Shown here: positions 9,924 to 20,501 of the stretch, in pieces
Position numbering within the stretch: position 1 is the stretch's first letter
How the letters are laid out: each line of letters begins with the position of its first letter
Source of the DNA: Candidatus Heimdallarchaeota archaeon
GTDB taxonomy: Archaea; Asgardarchaeota; Heimdallarchaeia; Hodarchaeales; Hodarchaeaceae
DNA length: 62,967 bases
Direction: 5' to 3'
NCBI GenBank assembly: GCA_011364965.1
Contig: RDOB01000009.1
Location: forward strand, 1 to 62,967
Notes under the pieces: generated by a model
Told to the model about the DNA's origin: nothing
What the model saw: the letters and a program-made list of their open reading frames with translations, nothing else
Database searches by the model: none
Position numbers and translations under genes: made by a program

Positions 9924-10466
9924 TTATCTTGTAGAGATGTTCTCTGATGTTAAAAAGCTATCAAGTTGTGATATCGTAGCACTATTTTTCCGCTCATGTT
10001 CTAATAGCCACTCTTTGCGCCAAAGTCCACCACCATAACCAATGAGTTTTTTATTACTTCCAATAACACGATGGCAAGGAATTATTATCACAATTGGATT
10101 TTTGTTATTTGCGAGACCTACTGCACGAGAGGCATTTTCATTGCCAATTTTGATAGCTATGTCTTTATACGAACGAGTTTCTCCGAAAGGGATCTTAAGT
10201 AACTCATTCCAAACCTTTTTTTGAAATGATGTTCCCTCATGAGCAAGTGGAAGAGAAAACACTCTTCTCTCCCCTTTAAAATATTCCCCCAGCTCTGCGA
10301 CGCACTTACTCAATATAGGATCCTCTATAGTTTTCAAATTCTCTATAAATTCCTCGTCAACAAATTCTAATGAAGTAATCCCTTCTTGATTAGCTTTTAT
10401 TTTCAAGAATCCAACAGGAGACTTGAAATGTACAATTTTTGAAATTTTCATAATAATATCACTCAT
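9924..10466 (-). CDS. ogt: Methylated-DNA--protein-cysteine methyltransferase
   Basis: IIPCHRV active site, RAVG motif, GYGGG. Confidence 0.95.
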   Translation of the reverse strand: MSDIIMKISKIVHFKSPVGFLKIKANQEGITSLEFVDEEFIENLKTIEDPILSKCVAELGEYFKGERRVFSLPLAHEGTSFQKKVWNELLKIPFGETRSYKDIAIKIGNENASRAVGLANNKNPIVIIIPCHRVIGSNKKLIGYGGGLWRKEWLLEHERKNSATISQLDSFLTSENISTR

Positions 10467-11040
10467 ACTTTACGTAAAGTAAATCTTTCTTAGATAATTG
10501 GCTTGGAGGGTACCCAAACTCCTTAATAAATGCAGATCTAAATCCACTGGAGGAATTGAACCCAATCTGCTTCCTAATAACCATATAATTGTTCCCCTCT
10601 TCAATTAACTTATGTGCGACCTTTAGTCGAATTTTTCGATGAAATTGTCCTGGAGTCATTGATAAGTTCTTTTTGAAATATCTGCGAATAGTGGAGATAT
10701 CTGTCGCTGAAAACTTTACAAGCTCTTCCTCTAATACCTTTCTTGTTATATGATGCTCCAAATAGCGAATGATTGCATAGTACCAATTAGGTAAACTATT
10801 CGGAAAATCCTCAGCTCTGCAGCGTTTACATCCACGATAACCTGCTTCAATAGCGTCTCTTTTAGTTTGAAAAAAGACTATATTCTTTACATATGGTCTT
10901 CTAGCTTTGCATGATGGAAGACAGAATATTTTGGTTGATGTAACACCAAAATAGAAAATTCCATCATAATTAGAGTCTCGTTCATCTGTTATTATTAACA
11001 TTTGATTTCGTGATAGAGGTTCTATTTTTGTCATTTTCAA
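10459..11040 (-). CDS. adaA: AdaA-like methylphosphotriester methyltransferase/regulator (Ada Zn domain + AraC HTH)
   Basis: FCLPSC...GYRGCKRC Ada zinc motif; GFNSSSGFRSAFIKEFGYPP AraC HTH; overlaps ogt by 8 nt. Confidence 0.9.
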   Translation of the reverse strand: MKMTKIEPLSRNQMLIITDERDSNYDGIFYFGVTSTKIFCLPSCKARRPYVKNIVFFQTKRDAIEAGYRGCKRCRAEDFPNSLPNWYYAIIRYLEHHITRKVLEEELVKFSATDISTIRRYFKKNLSMTPGQFHRKIRLKVAHKLIEEGNNYMVIRKQIGFNSSSGFRSAFIKEFGYPPSQLSKKDLLYVKYE

Positions 11041-11230
11041 TCATTCGAATCCAGTAACAGATATTTGAAATTTGTTTCTATTAATAAGTCAGAAATCTTA
11101 TTATAAGAAGATTTTGCCGAAAAAACGGTATACATTTTTAGACAAGAATTTGGAGTGATTAATTCCCTTAAAAAATCAATCTATTACCTAGATTATAGGT
11201 AATATCGCTATTATTTAATAACGATAACCC

Positions 11231-11776
11231 TCAACGGTTTTTTATTTGAAATAAACATTTCCGAGCTAGCTCAACATAAACCTGAGGAATAACATCTCCT
11301 CCAAGTTTAGCAGAACATTCATAAAAAGGAAAATGATGTTTTTGAGAAAATTTTTTGCCTTCTGCTGTTGAAATTTGACGTTGTTTTGCTAAATCAATTT
11401 TATTTCCTATAATTGTTATAAAAGCGTTCTCACCTGCAACATTTCTGTATTCTGCAATCCATCGGTGTAGACCTTCAAAAGTTACTTTCTGTGTAATATC
11501 ATAAACTGCTATACAACCTAAAGAACCCTCAAAATAAGTATTCCGAAGTCTACCGAACTTTTCTTCACCTGCAGTATCCATTAATACAAGTCTGACGCGT
11601 TCATTTTTAATGATCATTCTCTTAACAGTTATATCTACACCTAATGTTGGTAGATAATCCTCAGAGAATGTATTTTCGGTGTAACGTCGGATTAGAGATG
11701 TTTTTCCAACACGAAATGACCCAACCGAATTGATCTTGATTACAACTTCATCAGACACGTTTAACTTCTCACACAC
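11231..11776 (-). CDS. Rab-like small GTPase
   Basis: GSFRVGKT, YLPTLGVD, DTAGE, NKID, ECSAK motifs. Confidence 0.93.
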   Translation of the reverse strand: MCEKLNVSDEVVIKINSVGSFRVGKTSLIRRYTENTFSEDYLPTLGVDITVKRMIIKNERVRLVLMDTAGEEKFGRLRNTYFEGSLGCIAVYDITQKVTFEGLHRWIAEYRNVAGENAFITIIGNKIDLAKQRQISTAEGKKFSQKHHFPFYECSAKLGGDVIPQVYVELARKCLFQIKNR

Positions 11777-12131
11777 TCTAAAATGGTTAAGTACTAAGAT
11801 CTAATGAGAAAATTAAGGCAAAGGATTCTCTCTGGTATCTTTTAAGATTTGGTATTTATTCAATTACTGCATCTCACAAAAACCTTCCTATTCTCTCTAT
11901 TGAAAGTTACTAAGAATGCATATTGGAACTTCAAAAATATGAAATTACATGATATTACAGATTGAATCTATTCTTTTTTAAGACTGAGTTGAGAATCTGA
12001 TCAAAAAGACAATGAATCTCGTTTTCAACTCCTAAAATCGAATTATACTAAATAAAAAGATGATCAGGCTTTGGACTGTTTAGCCCAAATTAATTTATTC
12101 CACCAGTGATCAGTGGATAATTGAGATTCAA

Positions 12132-13340
12132 ATGGTTGTCTATTTTGCGTTTTTACTCCATATTTATCAACCTCCAGTTCAAATAGCTCCAGTTATAAAG
12201 CAAATTGTTAGGGAATCCTACTTACCGATTATCAATGCACTAAGGGAAAATATTGGTGCAAAAATCAGCTTAAATATTAATGGAACCTTAACAGAGCAAC
12301 TTGATGATTATGGATTCAATGAAGTTATCTTGGGATTTATTGAATTAGCTAAAAGAGGACAAATAGAATTCACTGGTAGTGGAAAGTTTCATCCACTTCT
12401 TCCTTTAATCCCAGAACCTGAAGTCGTTCGACAAATTAAACTAAATAATGAAACAAATCGAAAGTATTTTGGGAGTATTTATAATCCCAAGGGCTTTTTT
12501 CCGCCAGAAATGGCAATAAGTGAGGAAATTTTTCCTGCAATTAAAAATATGGGGTTTAAATGGATTATAGCGTCTGGAATTGCCAATTCGCTCCCTGAAT
12601 TTCCAACAGAAGCTATCACTAGGGAAAAGAATACAGATTTACAACTCGTCTTTCGAGATGATTATATTTCTGTTGATTGTGCATTTGATAAAATCAATAA
12701 TGTTGAAGCATTTGCGAATCGATTGAAATATAAAAACCAAAACCACGATTATTATGTCATTTTAGCGATGGATGGAGAGACATTTGGTCATCACGTAAAA
12801 CATGCCATCTCGAATTTCCTTATTCCACTATTTCAGTCATTACCTCATAGAAACGATATTAAGATATGTACTATATCCGAAATAGTGGAAAAATTTCCGC
12901 AAGGGCCGAAACAAATACCTAAAGCGTCCAGCTGGAGCACAATGGCCTATGATTTGGATCAGAATGTTCCTTTTCCCTTATGGTTTAATCCTCAAAATCA
13001 ATTACATCAGGATCAACATAGATTTTTCATGTTGGCTCTAACTGCAGTCCATCTTGTCCAAAAATACTATGAAAGTATGAATGAAGAACAAAAATCCACA
13101 TTTAATAATGCTCGCACATTTTTGGATAGAGGTATTCATTCCTGCCAACAATGGTGGGCTTCGAAGAGGCCATGGTATTCTCCTGATATGATATTAAGAG
13201 GATTAAGTGAAATAATATTATCAGGAGTAAATATTAAACGCTGTATTCCCTATGGGGTTATTTCTGACATTCCTGAAATGATAAATACTATTCTTGAAGA
13301 GATGCTAGCTATTCAAAATCAAATTATAATGTCACTTTGA
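12132..13340 (+). CDS. Glycoside hydrolase family 57
   Basis: HIYQP, HPLLPL, FPPEMA, DGETFGHH motifs. Confidence 0.9.
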   Translation: MVVYFAFLLHIYQPPVQIAPVIKQIVRESYLPIINALRENIGAKISLNINGTLTEQLDDYGFNEVILGFIELAKRGQIEFTGSGKFHPLLPLIPEPEVVRQIKLNNETNRKYFGSIYNPKGFFPPEMAISEEIFPAIKNMGFKWIIASGIANSLPEFPTEAITREKNTDLQLVFRDDYISVDCAFDKINNVEAFANRLKYKNQNHDYYVILAMDGETFGHHVKHAISNFLIPLFQSLPHRNDIKICTISEIVEKFPQGPKQIPKASSWSTMAYDLDQNVPFPLWFNPQNQLHQDQHRFFMLALTAVHLVQKYYESMNEEQKSTFNNARTFLDRGIHSCQQWWASKRPWYSPDMILRGLSEIILSGVNIKRCIPYGVISDIPEMINTILEEMLAIQNQIIMSL

Positions 13341-13347
13341 AGCTGTA

Positions 13348-14697
13348 TCATTTAAATTGAGGTAAATAATCTTTAAATTCAGTAATGTAAGCATGAGTAA
13401 TTTTCTCAGCTAGTTCTAGATTATTTACCGTTGAATCTAAAGCCATAGCTTGTGCAATCATATCGACATCTCCTTTAATTGAACCACAAGTAATTAACTT
13501 TGCAATAGAGATCTCACGGTTGCAAAGAGCTGCAATTGGTTCAGGAAGGTTTCCTAAACTTACTCCTTTAACCCCTATTCGTCTTAAAATCGAAGGTACT
13601 TCAACAATTGCGTCAGAGGGAAGATTCCCTATACTATTATTATTTTCAGTATTTATAGCGGGTTCGAAGGAGTTTGAATCGGTATGTATTTTAGTTATTA
13701 TTGTTGATAATCTTTCTGAAACATCAAAATTAAGAGATTTAGCTGAAAGCTTTCCGTTTATGATGTTCTCCATGGTGTTGAGGTTCCTTTCCTTGTCTTT
13801 CCGAGCATCGTTGAAATTAAAATTATATAAATTGTATTTTTTCCAACCATTTTCGGTCGCACTGTATGGTAAGTACTCAGATAGATGTGTTTCACCAGAA
13901 ATCGGTAAATACTCAAATACTTGGAAAACATGTCTAGTTAATGCCTCATATTCTGAAGGTAATTCGACAACTGCTTTTTTTACGAGGGGATACATATCTT
14001 CTTCAGAAGATTTCCTTTTAACATCAAGCATCCATGTGAAATGGTTTAAGCCTGCAGCTGTGACTTGATATTCCTGCAAAGCAGCATTACGTAATGATTT
14101 ATATTCAAGATTCTCTAAATTATATCCCCTCTCCTTTAGATCTTGAATCAGAATCCGGCCTAATAGATAATGCCCAGCCCAAAATTGATGGCAGAAACTA
14201 ACACATTTAAGTTTTGTATAATATTTCACAGCATAATGGATGCGGGGAACAGGATTAGTGAAGTTCACTATCCATGCATTTGGTGCTAAGTCTTGAATAT
14301 CATCAAAGATTGGTAACAATGTCGCAATGTTCCTTGCAGAATGACCAAATGCTCCAACTCCTCCGTTCTCTGCATAAGACCAAATACCAAATTTCCTAGC
14401 CAAACTAATATCCTTTTTCCAAGTTGCTTCACGATCTACTGCGATAATCAGGATTATAAAATCCGCATCGTGTAAAACCTTCGTTCGATCAGTTGATGAG
14501 ATTATTTTAATCTTGGAATCGAATTCCTCAGCAACTTTCTTTGCTAATGCATCAACTTTTCCCAAAATAGTTGCGTTTACATCAACTAAACATAATGTTG
14601 AATTTTGAAGGGCTTTCTCTTGAAATATATCTCCTAAAGTGGAGAGGTAAAACCCTGCGCTACCAGCTCCAATAACAACAATTTTCGGACCTGACAT
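13348..14697 (-). CDS. Glycoside hydrolase family 4 (NAD-dependent alpha-galactosidase/glucosidase)
   Basis: IGAGS, NFTNP, FCH, GLNHFTW, HLSEY motifs. Confidence 0.92.
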   Translation of the reverse strand: MSGPKIVVIGAGSAGFYLSTLGDIFQEKALQNSTLCLVDVNATILGKVDALAKKVAEEFDSKIKIISSTDRTKVLHDADFIILIIAVDREATWKKDISLARKFGIWSYAENGGVGAFGHSARNIATLLPIFDDIQDLAPNAWIVNFTNPVPRIHYAVKYYTKLKCVSFCHQFWAGHYLLGRILIQDLKERGYNLENLEYKSLRNAALQEYQVTAAGLNHFTWMLDVKRKSSEEDMYPLVKKAVVELPSEYEALTRHVFQVFEYLPISGETHLSEYLPYSATENGWKKYNLYNFNFNDARKDKERNLNTMENIINGKLSAKSLNFDVSERLSTIITKIHTDSNSFEPAINTENNNSIGNLPSDAIVEVPSILRRIGVKGVSLGNLPEPIAALCNREISIAKLITCGSIKGDVDMIAQAMALDSTVNNLELAEKITHAYITEFKDYLPQFK

Positions 14698-14816
14698 TCT
14701 TGTTCATTCTCTCTAAGTTTAATGAAAGAAGATCTATATTTAATTTCTTTTTGGAAATTTATACATTAACAAATTCCCCTTTTCCTTTTTGTAGAATGTA
14801 ATATGTTACTCTGGGG

Positions 14817-15452
14817 TCATGCATTAATAAATAAAAGATACCAGTTGACTTCCATTTCATTATTAAATTGCACTTCTTCACGGTAATCATTAACACGTCT
14901 AAAGCTTAATTTGGATAAGCTTTCCTGATACCATTCAATTGAAAAATTACTCCATAACATCTTCTTCGCACCTAACCATCCAGTAACTTCTTCTTCAAGT
15001 GCATTTTCCCCCAGAGAAATAAGAATTGGGGCATTAGGTTTTAGAATCCGCTTAATTTCTATAAATAATGGTTTATGCAACTCTCTTGGGAGATGAAAAA
15101 TAGAAAAAAGAGCTAAAAGCCCTCCAAATGTATTATCATGGCCTTTTCCACAAAATTCTAACATTTCTCTTGCATAAAATTTAAATTGGCTTTGATGATA
15201 AGTTTGCTTTGCAAGTTGAATTTGTTTTTCCGCTAAATCAATCCCATAATACGAAGTAGGGGTATCTACAAAAAATTGACAGACAGGATAGCCAGAGCCA
15301 CACCCCAAATCTAGTACAGGCCCTGGAAGAAGAAGTGAACACCATTTTTTAAAAATTAATAAATCTAAAAGGTGAAGATCTTTTTGTTTCCTATAATTAT
15401 CTGCAGCTTCTTCATACCCATCTTTAACTAGATTTATTTGCCGTTTATACAT
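14817..15452 (-). CDS. Class I SAM-dependent methyltransferase
   Basis: VLDLGCGSG motif. Confidence 0.9.
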   Translation of the reverse strand: MYKRQINLVKDGYEEAADNYRKQKDLHLLDLLIFKKWCSLLLPGPVLDLGCGSGYPVCQFFVDTPTSYYGIDLAEKQIQLAKQTYHQSQFKFYAREMLEFCGKGHDNTFGGLLALFSIFHLPRELHKPLFIEIKRILKPNAPILISLGENALEEEVTGWLGAKKMLWSNFSIEWYQESLSKLSFRRVNDYREEVQFNNEMEVNWYLLFINA

Positions 15453-15482
15453 TTATAGAACCTGATTATCAAATATGTCCTA

Positions 15483-15932
15483 TTATAAAGGCTTCATCCC
15501 CCAAATTTTATAAGTTTCGAAGATATAGAAACCTATTGCGGAACCAAGAAATACCAGAAACAAGAGGTCAACAGTCTGGAAAGATCTTCTTTCAAAGAAG
15601 AATGCTATCCAGAATAAAGAAAACCCACAAATTAGAAAAGATAAGTAAAATAGCATCCTTGGAATCATACGTCTTCCAATTTTGACATAAAGCCCGAGGA
15701 CTCCAGTTTGAACCTCATCTCTGATTCTATACTTACCTGTTCTCACCTCTTGAAAAACTAACCCCGCATTCATCAGCTTAGTCAAATGGTATGAGACAGA
15801 AGAAGGAGAATTTATGTTCAAATCTCGTTGGACTTCTCTAACACCAGCTTCACCCCGAGTAAGCAAAAACCAGTATATTTGAAGGGTTTTACCTTTTAGA
15901 AGGGAATCTAAATCAATTTCATCAGAGTTCAT
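15483..15932 (-). CDS. Membrane-anchored winged-helix regulator (paralog 1)
   Basis: LKGKTLQIYWFLL..GVREVQR..SPSSVSYHLTKL wHTH followed by two hydrophobic helices. Confidence 0.85.
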   Translation of the reverse strand: MNSDEIDLDSLLKGKTLQIYWFLLTRGEAGVREVQRDLNINSPSSVSYHLTKLMNAGLVFQEVRTGKYRIRDEVQTGVLGLYVKIGRRMIPRMLFYLSFLICGFSLFWIAFFFERRSFQTVDLLFLVFLGSAIGFYIFETYKIWGMKPL

Positions 15933-16057
15933 TAAAAAAACCTGTAGTTGTAGTAAATAAAATGGACTTGGACATAGGTGTTATTAATGAGGATATATAG
16001 CTAAAAAGTCTTTAGATGAAGGTAGAAAAAAATGAATAGAATGATTATGTTCTCTTT

Positions 16058-16747
16058 CTATTCTGGAAAAATTTCATGGATCCATGTTTCAAATGCTTGT
16101 ATCGCTGCTAACATATACTGCGTATCTGTGATTTCCAAAAATACTTCTCCAATAGATTCACGGGTGAAATCTAAGAGCTGAATTCCATACCGATAATGAG
16201 GGGAGAACTCCCATGTGCCATTATGAATGCTTAAAACTTGATGGGTTTTGGAAAATATCAAAGATAGGGAAGTTCCATCCTCATATGCAATATCAATCAT
16301 AAAGTTGGGAGGCCAGATTTCCATCAAATCAGAAACAGAACTATAGCCAGCAACATTAGTTACAGCACTTCGAAAAGATGCCATAACTGAATTTAATGAG
16401 CTTTGACTAACCTCTGTGCTTTCTGCTAAAGGTTCGTGAATCAATGCCATTATAAGAGAGTCATTAAGGGATTTCCCAATGGATAATCCATCAATGTACA
16501 TCTCATAATATTCACTTAAATTCCCATTAACAAAGCTGTTATTATAGCACCAAACATGGGAAATGTTTTCCTCAGCTTCAGCCATTCGGGCTGCAATTCG
16601 TTCTCCAATCAGATTTTCTTGTGGAGGCACGTTAGGATTTGAAGGCAATTCGAGATTGTAAATTATTAAAAATACACTAAAGGCCATCACTCCACCTAAA
16701 AGTAAACCAATTGCACCGATTCTCTTAATATTTCCATTTAATGACAT
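16058..16747 (-). CDS. Exported, N-terminally anchored protein of unknown function
   Basis: KRIGAIGLLLGGVMAFSVFLII N-terminal TM/signal followed by an acidic domain with NxS/T sequons. Confidence 0.75.
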   Translation of the reverse strand: MSLNGNIKRIGAIGLLLGGVMAFSVFLIIYNLELPSNPNVPPQENLIGERIAARMAEAEENISHVWCYNNSFVNGNLSEYYEMYIDGLSIGKSLNDSLIMALIHEPLAESTEVSQSSLNSVMASFRSAVTNVAGYSSVSDLMEIWPPNFMIDIAYEDGTSLSLIFSKTHQVLSIHNGTWEFSPHYRYGIQLLDFTRESIGEVFLEITDTQYMLAAIQAFETWIHEIFPE

Positions 16748-16816
16748 AATTTATCACTTTAATGATCATTTGGTCTGATAAATAGTGAAAATCACCCTTT
16801 ATTAAATATATACATT

Positions 16817-16843
16817 AGAACAACCTGTTCGAATTTTTGTACA
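16817..16843 (-). promoter_or_regulatory. Tripartite operator TGTACA-N6-CGAACA-N3-TGTTCT (minus-strand reading)
   Basis: Same hexamer spacing as the sites at 35029-35055, 35113-35139 and 43154-43192. Confidence 0.65.
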
Positions 16844-16929
16844 CTTTAATTTACCATTTATTATGATTATTTTAGTGTTTTTTCTGTCTACCTCGAAACT
16901 AATCTATAAAAGTTGAAAATTTTTTAGGT

Positions 16930-18288
16930 TTGCTAAGGCTTCCAAAACTGGTTCTAGTGAGAAGATTTCATTTGATCATTAATCCAATAATAAATTTTTT
17001 AGGAATAAGACAATCACTTCCTCAGAGTGCTCAAAGTTTGGTACAGAAATTTCTAATTCTTACATCATGTCAATCAATGATCTTTTTTGTGTCAGGCACA
17101 TTTTATGTCCTTTTTATTATTGATAAAGTAGGTTATGCAGAGTTGGGAATACTCGCAGGGTTCTCATTCCTCGTTCAAGCCATACTAGATTACCCTAGTG
17201 GATCATTAGGCGATTGGATAGGACAAAGATGGATATTAGCTATATCTTTTTTCACGTATGGGCTGAGTTATCTACTATTAGTCATTGCTAAGAATTTTTC
17301 AGATCTATTAATTGTATACCTTTTAGCTGCCTTTGCTGCATCTCAAGAATCAGGAGCATTACAAAGCTGGTTTGATAAAAATTACAAATTTGCAGCGAAG
17401 GAGGTAGATATAGATCGAAGAATTTATCAGCTATTTCAAGGGAAAATAACTATGCTTCTTGGCCTTTTATGGGCAGCAGCAATTCTAGTTGGAGGGATAC
17501 TCGCCACATATTTCTTCAGAGAAACTGTGTTTGCAGTTCAATCTATTGGAATGTTTTTTCTCTCATTTGCAAGCTTTATTTTCGTGAAAGACCTCCCAGG
17601 ATACAAAAAACCTGCTGCATCACTTAAACAATACTTCCATATCTTCATTAAAGGGTTGGAATTTACCTTCACCAAAAACTACATCTTTTTCTTTGTTGTA
17701 GCGATTTGCATTTCTAGCGCTTTATGGGCTGTATGGGGAAACATGATTTTATTTCCTTTGTACTTTGGGTACACAGGGAATGACCTTGGTGCAGGAATAT
17801 TCAGATTTTTGGCATGGGTTGGAGCTGCAATTACTGCATCAAAGGCTGCTCAAGTAGCTACACGATTAAATGAAAGAAAATGGATTCCTAGATTAGAATT
17901 ACTTATGATGCTGGGATACTTTGGTTTCTTTGGCCTTCTTATAACAATATTCCCGTTAAATAATGAATTCAATATATCTGGAATAATCCTTACAATCGTT
18001 GCAATGTTCATTTTAGATATGGGGATAAATGCAGCTGATAATCTTAGGAAAAAGCTCTTTTTAGATTTAATTCCTGATGAGATTCGAAATTCGATCTACA
18101 GTCTGATACCAACTCTTGCTCTTATAGTAAGTGCTCCCGTTGTCTCTATTGCAGGAGGTATAGTAGAAACAGGAGGTTTTCCTCAGACTCTTGCAGCGCT
18201 TGCAGGAATATCCACAATCTCTGCATTTTTCTTCTTCATATCGACAAAAAAGATGCCTCTAGTCGAATTAAAATCAAACGATAGTTAA
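16930..18288 (+). CDS. MFS transporter
   Basis: PSGSLGDWIGQR motif A; about 12 hydrophobic segments. Confidence 0.9.
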   Translation: MLRLPKLVLVRRFHLIINPIINFLGIRQSLPQSAQSLVQKFLILTSCQSMIFFVSGTFYVLFIIDKVGYAELGILAGFSFLVQAILDYPSGSLGDWIGQRWILAISFFTYGLSYLLLVIAKNFSDLLIVYLLAAFAASQESGALQSWFDKNYKFAAKEVDIDRRIYQLFQGKITMLLGLLWAAAILVGGILATYFFRETVFAVQSIGMFFLSFASFIFVKDLPGYKKPAASLKQYFHIFIKGLEFTFTKNYIFFFVVAICISSALWAVWGNMILFPLYFGYTGNDLGAGIFRFLAWVGAAITASKAAQVATRLNERKWIPRLELLMMLGYFGFFGLLITIFPLNNEFNISGIILTIVAMFILDMGINAADNLRKKLFLDLIPDEIRNSIYSLIPTLALIVSAPVVSIAGGIVETGGFPQTLAALAGISTISAFFFFISTKKMPLVELKSNDS

Positions 18289-18486
18289 TTTCCACAGATG
18301 AATTATTATCCTTTAGGAGGAGTATAAACAATTTATCTGACTAAAATGAAAAGATTCTGGTAATATCAATTCAGTTAATGGTTTGATTTAGCTAAAATGC
18401 AAAATATGACTACTTTCTTACTTTAAGAGTGCATTAAAATTCTTTTAATTTCTGGTTGCCGCAAAATTTACGTATTTAAGTCAAAA

Positions 18487-18516
18487 TGTAATTCTTTTAC
18501 ATGTAAATCTTTTACA
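18487..18516. promoter_or_regulatory. Tandem palindromes TGTAA-N5-TTACA x2 upstream of the ABC operon
   Basis: TGTAATTCTTTTACA directly followed by TGTAAATCTTTTACA. Confidence 0.55.
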
Positions 18517-18576
18517 GTCCAATTGAAAATAGTTTTGGATTTTTAAATATTCATGTTCAAAGAGGTAATTTAATCC

Positions 18577-19614
18577 ATGTCAGTCGATCAAATTATCCAA
18601 GTTCGTGATTTAACTAAAATATATAAGTCTAAGAAACGCACGGGTCTTTTTCGGAGTAAAAAAAATGAAGTGCATGCTCTTAAGGGAATCTCATTCAATG
18701 TGGATGAAGGAGAAATCTTTGGATTATTAGGACCAAATGGAGCAGGTAAAACTACCCTCATAAAAATCCTTACGACTTTATTATTACCAAGTTCAGGAAC
18801 AGCAAGGGTTAATGGTTTCTCCCTAGAGGACGAAAATGGCATTAAAGCATCCATTGGAGCAATGCTGATGGGTGAGCGGGGTCTTTATTGGAAATTAACA
18901 GGAAGAGAGAATCTTGAATATTTTGGAGCTTTATATCACGTTCCTAAATCTATCCGTAAATCTAGAATTCAATCATTAATCGATTTATTAGAGCTAGAAA
19001 AAATAGTTGATCGTACAGTTGAAACATATAGCTCAGGACAAAAAATGAAAATGGTTTTTGCACGAGCACTTATCAATGATGCTCCTATCTTAATGCTAGA
19101 TGAACCAACGAACACTCTCGATGTTAAAGAAGCACGACGCCTTCGCAATATCGTAAAAAATCAAAATGAATTAGGAAAAACCATAATTTATTGCACTCAC
19201 CAGATGTACGAAGCGGAAGAGCTGTGTCATCGCGTAGGAATAATCGATCAAGGACAAATTATTGCTTTAGATGATCCTCATGATTTAAAGGATTCCTTAG
19301 AAGATAATGATATTTTAAGTGTAGAAGGAAACATTCCTGAAATTGCAAGAATGGCTGTAGAAAGCATACCAGGAGTAATTTCAGCATCCATGCTGACAAA
19401 ACGCGTAAATAATGGATCAAGTGAAGAAAGACCTTATTTAAACATCGTTTGTGATAATAGCAGGACAAAATTACCTCAAATTATCTCTGTTCTAAGTTCC
19501 AATGGAACTATCATTCAAAATATTGATAAGAAAGAGACTACTCTTGAAGATGTTTTCATCAATATTACTGGTCGGTCTCTGATGGATGATACTAGGGTCG
19601 AATCATCAAATTGA
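18577..19614 (+). CDS. ABC-2 type exporter ATP-binding subunit
   Basis: GPNGAGKT, YSSGQ, LMLDEPT motifs. Confidence 0.95.
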   Translation: MSVDQIIQVRDLTKIYKSKKRTGLFRSKKNEVHALKGISFNVDEGEIFGLLGPNGAGKTTLIKILTTLLLPSSGTARVNGFSLEDENGIKASIGAMLMGERGLYWKLTGRENLEYFGALYHVPKSIRKSRIQSLIDLLELEKIVDRTVETYSSGQKMKMVFARALINDAPILMLDEPTNTLDVKEARRLRNIVKNQNELGKTIIYCTHQMYEAEELCHRVGIIDQGQIIALDDPHDLKDSLEDNDILSVEGNIPEIARMAVESIPGVISASMLTKRVNNGSSEERPYLNIVCDNSRTKLPQIISVLSSNGTIIQNIDKKETTLEDVFINITGRSLMDDTRVESSN

Positions 19615-19629
19615 GAAGAGGATAATCAA

Positions 19630-20490
19630 ATGTCTCAGTTGAGTCTTAGCTTACAAGGACATCTTGGAGTCGTTTGGGGAACCTTCATCGTGAGATTAAA
19701 AACAATCTCGCGGTATAAAGGATCCTTATCCATGGATATCTTTATGCCTATTATGTTTGCTGCCATGCCAATCCTTCTGGGGCAAGCAATGGCTGGATCT
19801 ATATCCGAAGCTTCTGCAAATTTTCAAGCAAACACAGGGTTGACTAATGCAAGTTACATAGCTTATATGATCATTGGTGCGAATGTTTTTTCCACAGTAA
19901 CAGCCTCATTTTGGCTATTTGGCTTTTTTATCCGACGTGAACAAATATTGGGGACTTTAGAATCATTATTTATGACTCCAGCTAGTAAAACCTCAATATT
20001 AGCGGGATTAGCATTTTATGTTGAAGCAAGATCTGCTTTCACTTTTGTACTCGGATATCTCCTTGGCTGTATCTTATTTGGAATCAATCCACTTCAAGGA
20101 CAGGTAATTCTTGCATTATTAATTCTCCTTATTGGGTTAATTCCTATACATGGACTTTCTTTTCTGATGGGAGCATTAGTATTAAAGGTCAAACAGGCTA
20201 ATAGCTTGATGAACTCTCTCCAATGGGGATTAGGTATCATAATGGGGGCTTTTATACCAGTTACCGCTCTTCCTTTGTTCATACAGATAGTTTCGTTTAT
20301 TTTTCCTGGATTTTATCTTAATTATGGTATCCAAGCTGCGTTGACTGGTATTGAATGGTTTTTTGGGAATATGTATCTAGATCTCACTGTGATTTTCATT
20401 TTCGTTTTAATCTGTCCATTAGTTGGTTATTGGGTCTTTTCTAAAGCTGAATCTCGTATAAAAGCTGCAGAGGGAGTAGGACAATTTTAG
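19630..20490 (+). CDS. ABC-2 type permease
   Basis: About 6 TM helices; REQILGTLESLF motif. Confidence 0.9.
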   Translation: MSQLSLSLQGHLGVVWGTFIVRLKTISRYKGSLSMDIFMPIMFAAMPILLGQAMAGSISEASANFQANTGLTNASYIAYMIIGANVFSTVTASFWLFGFFIRREQILGTLESLFMTPASKTSILAGLAFYVEARSAFTFVLGYLLGCILFGINPLQGQVILALLILLIGLIPIHGLSFLMGALVLKVKQANSLMNSLQWGLGIIMGAFIPVTALPLFIQIVSFIFPGFYLNYGIQAALTGIEWFFGNMYLDLTVIFIFVLICPLVGYWVFSKAESRIKAAEGVGQF

Positions 20491-20501
20491 GAGGCATAAT
20501 A

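Noticed and set aside
13520-14068. 182-aa + strand ORF and the many other short ORFs nested in or antisense to larger genes
   Set aside because: Shadow ORFs overlapping well-supported genes.
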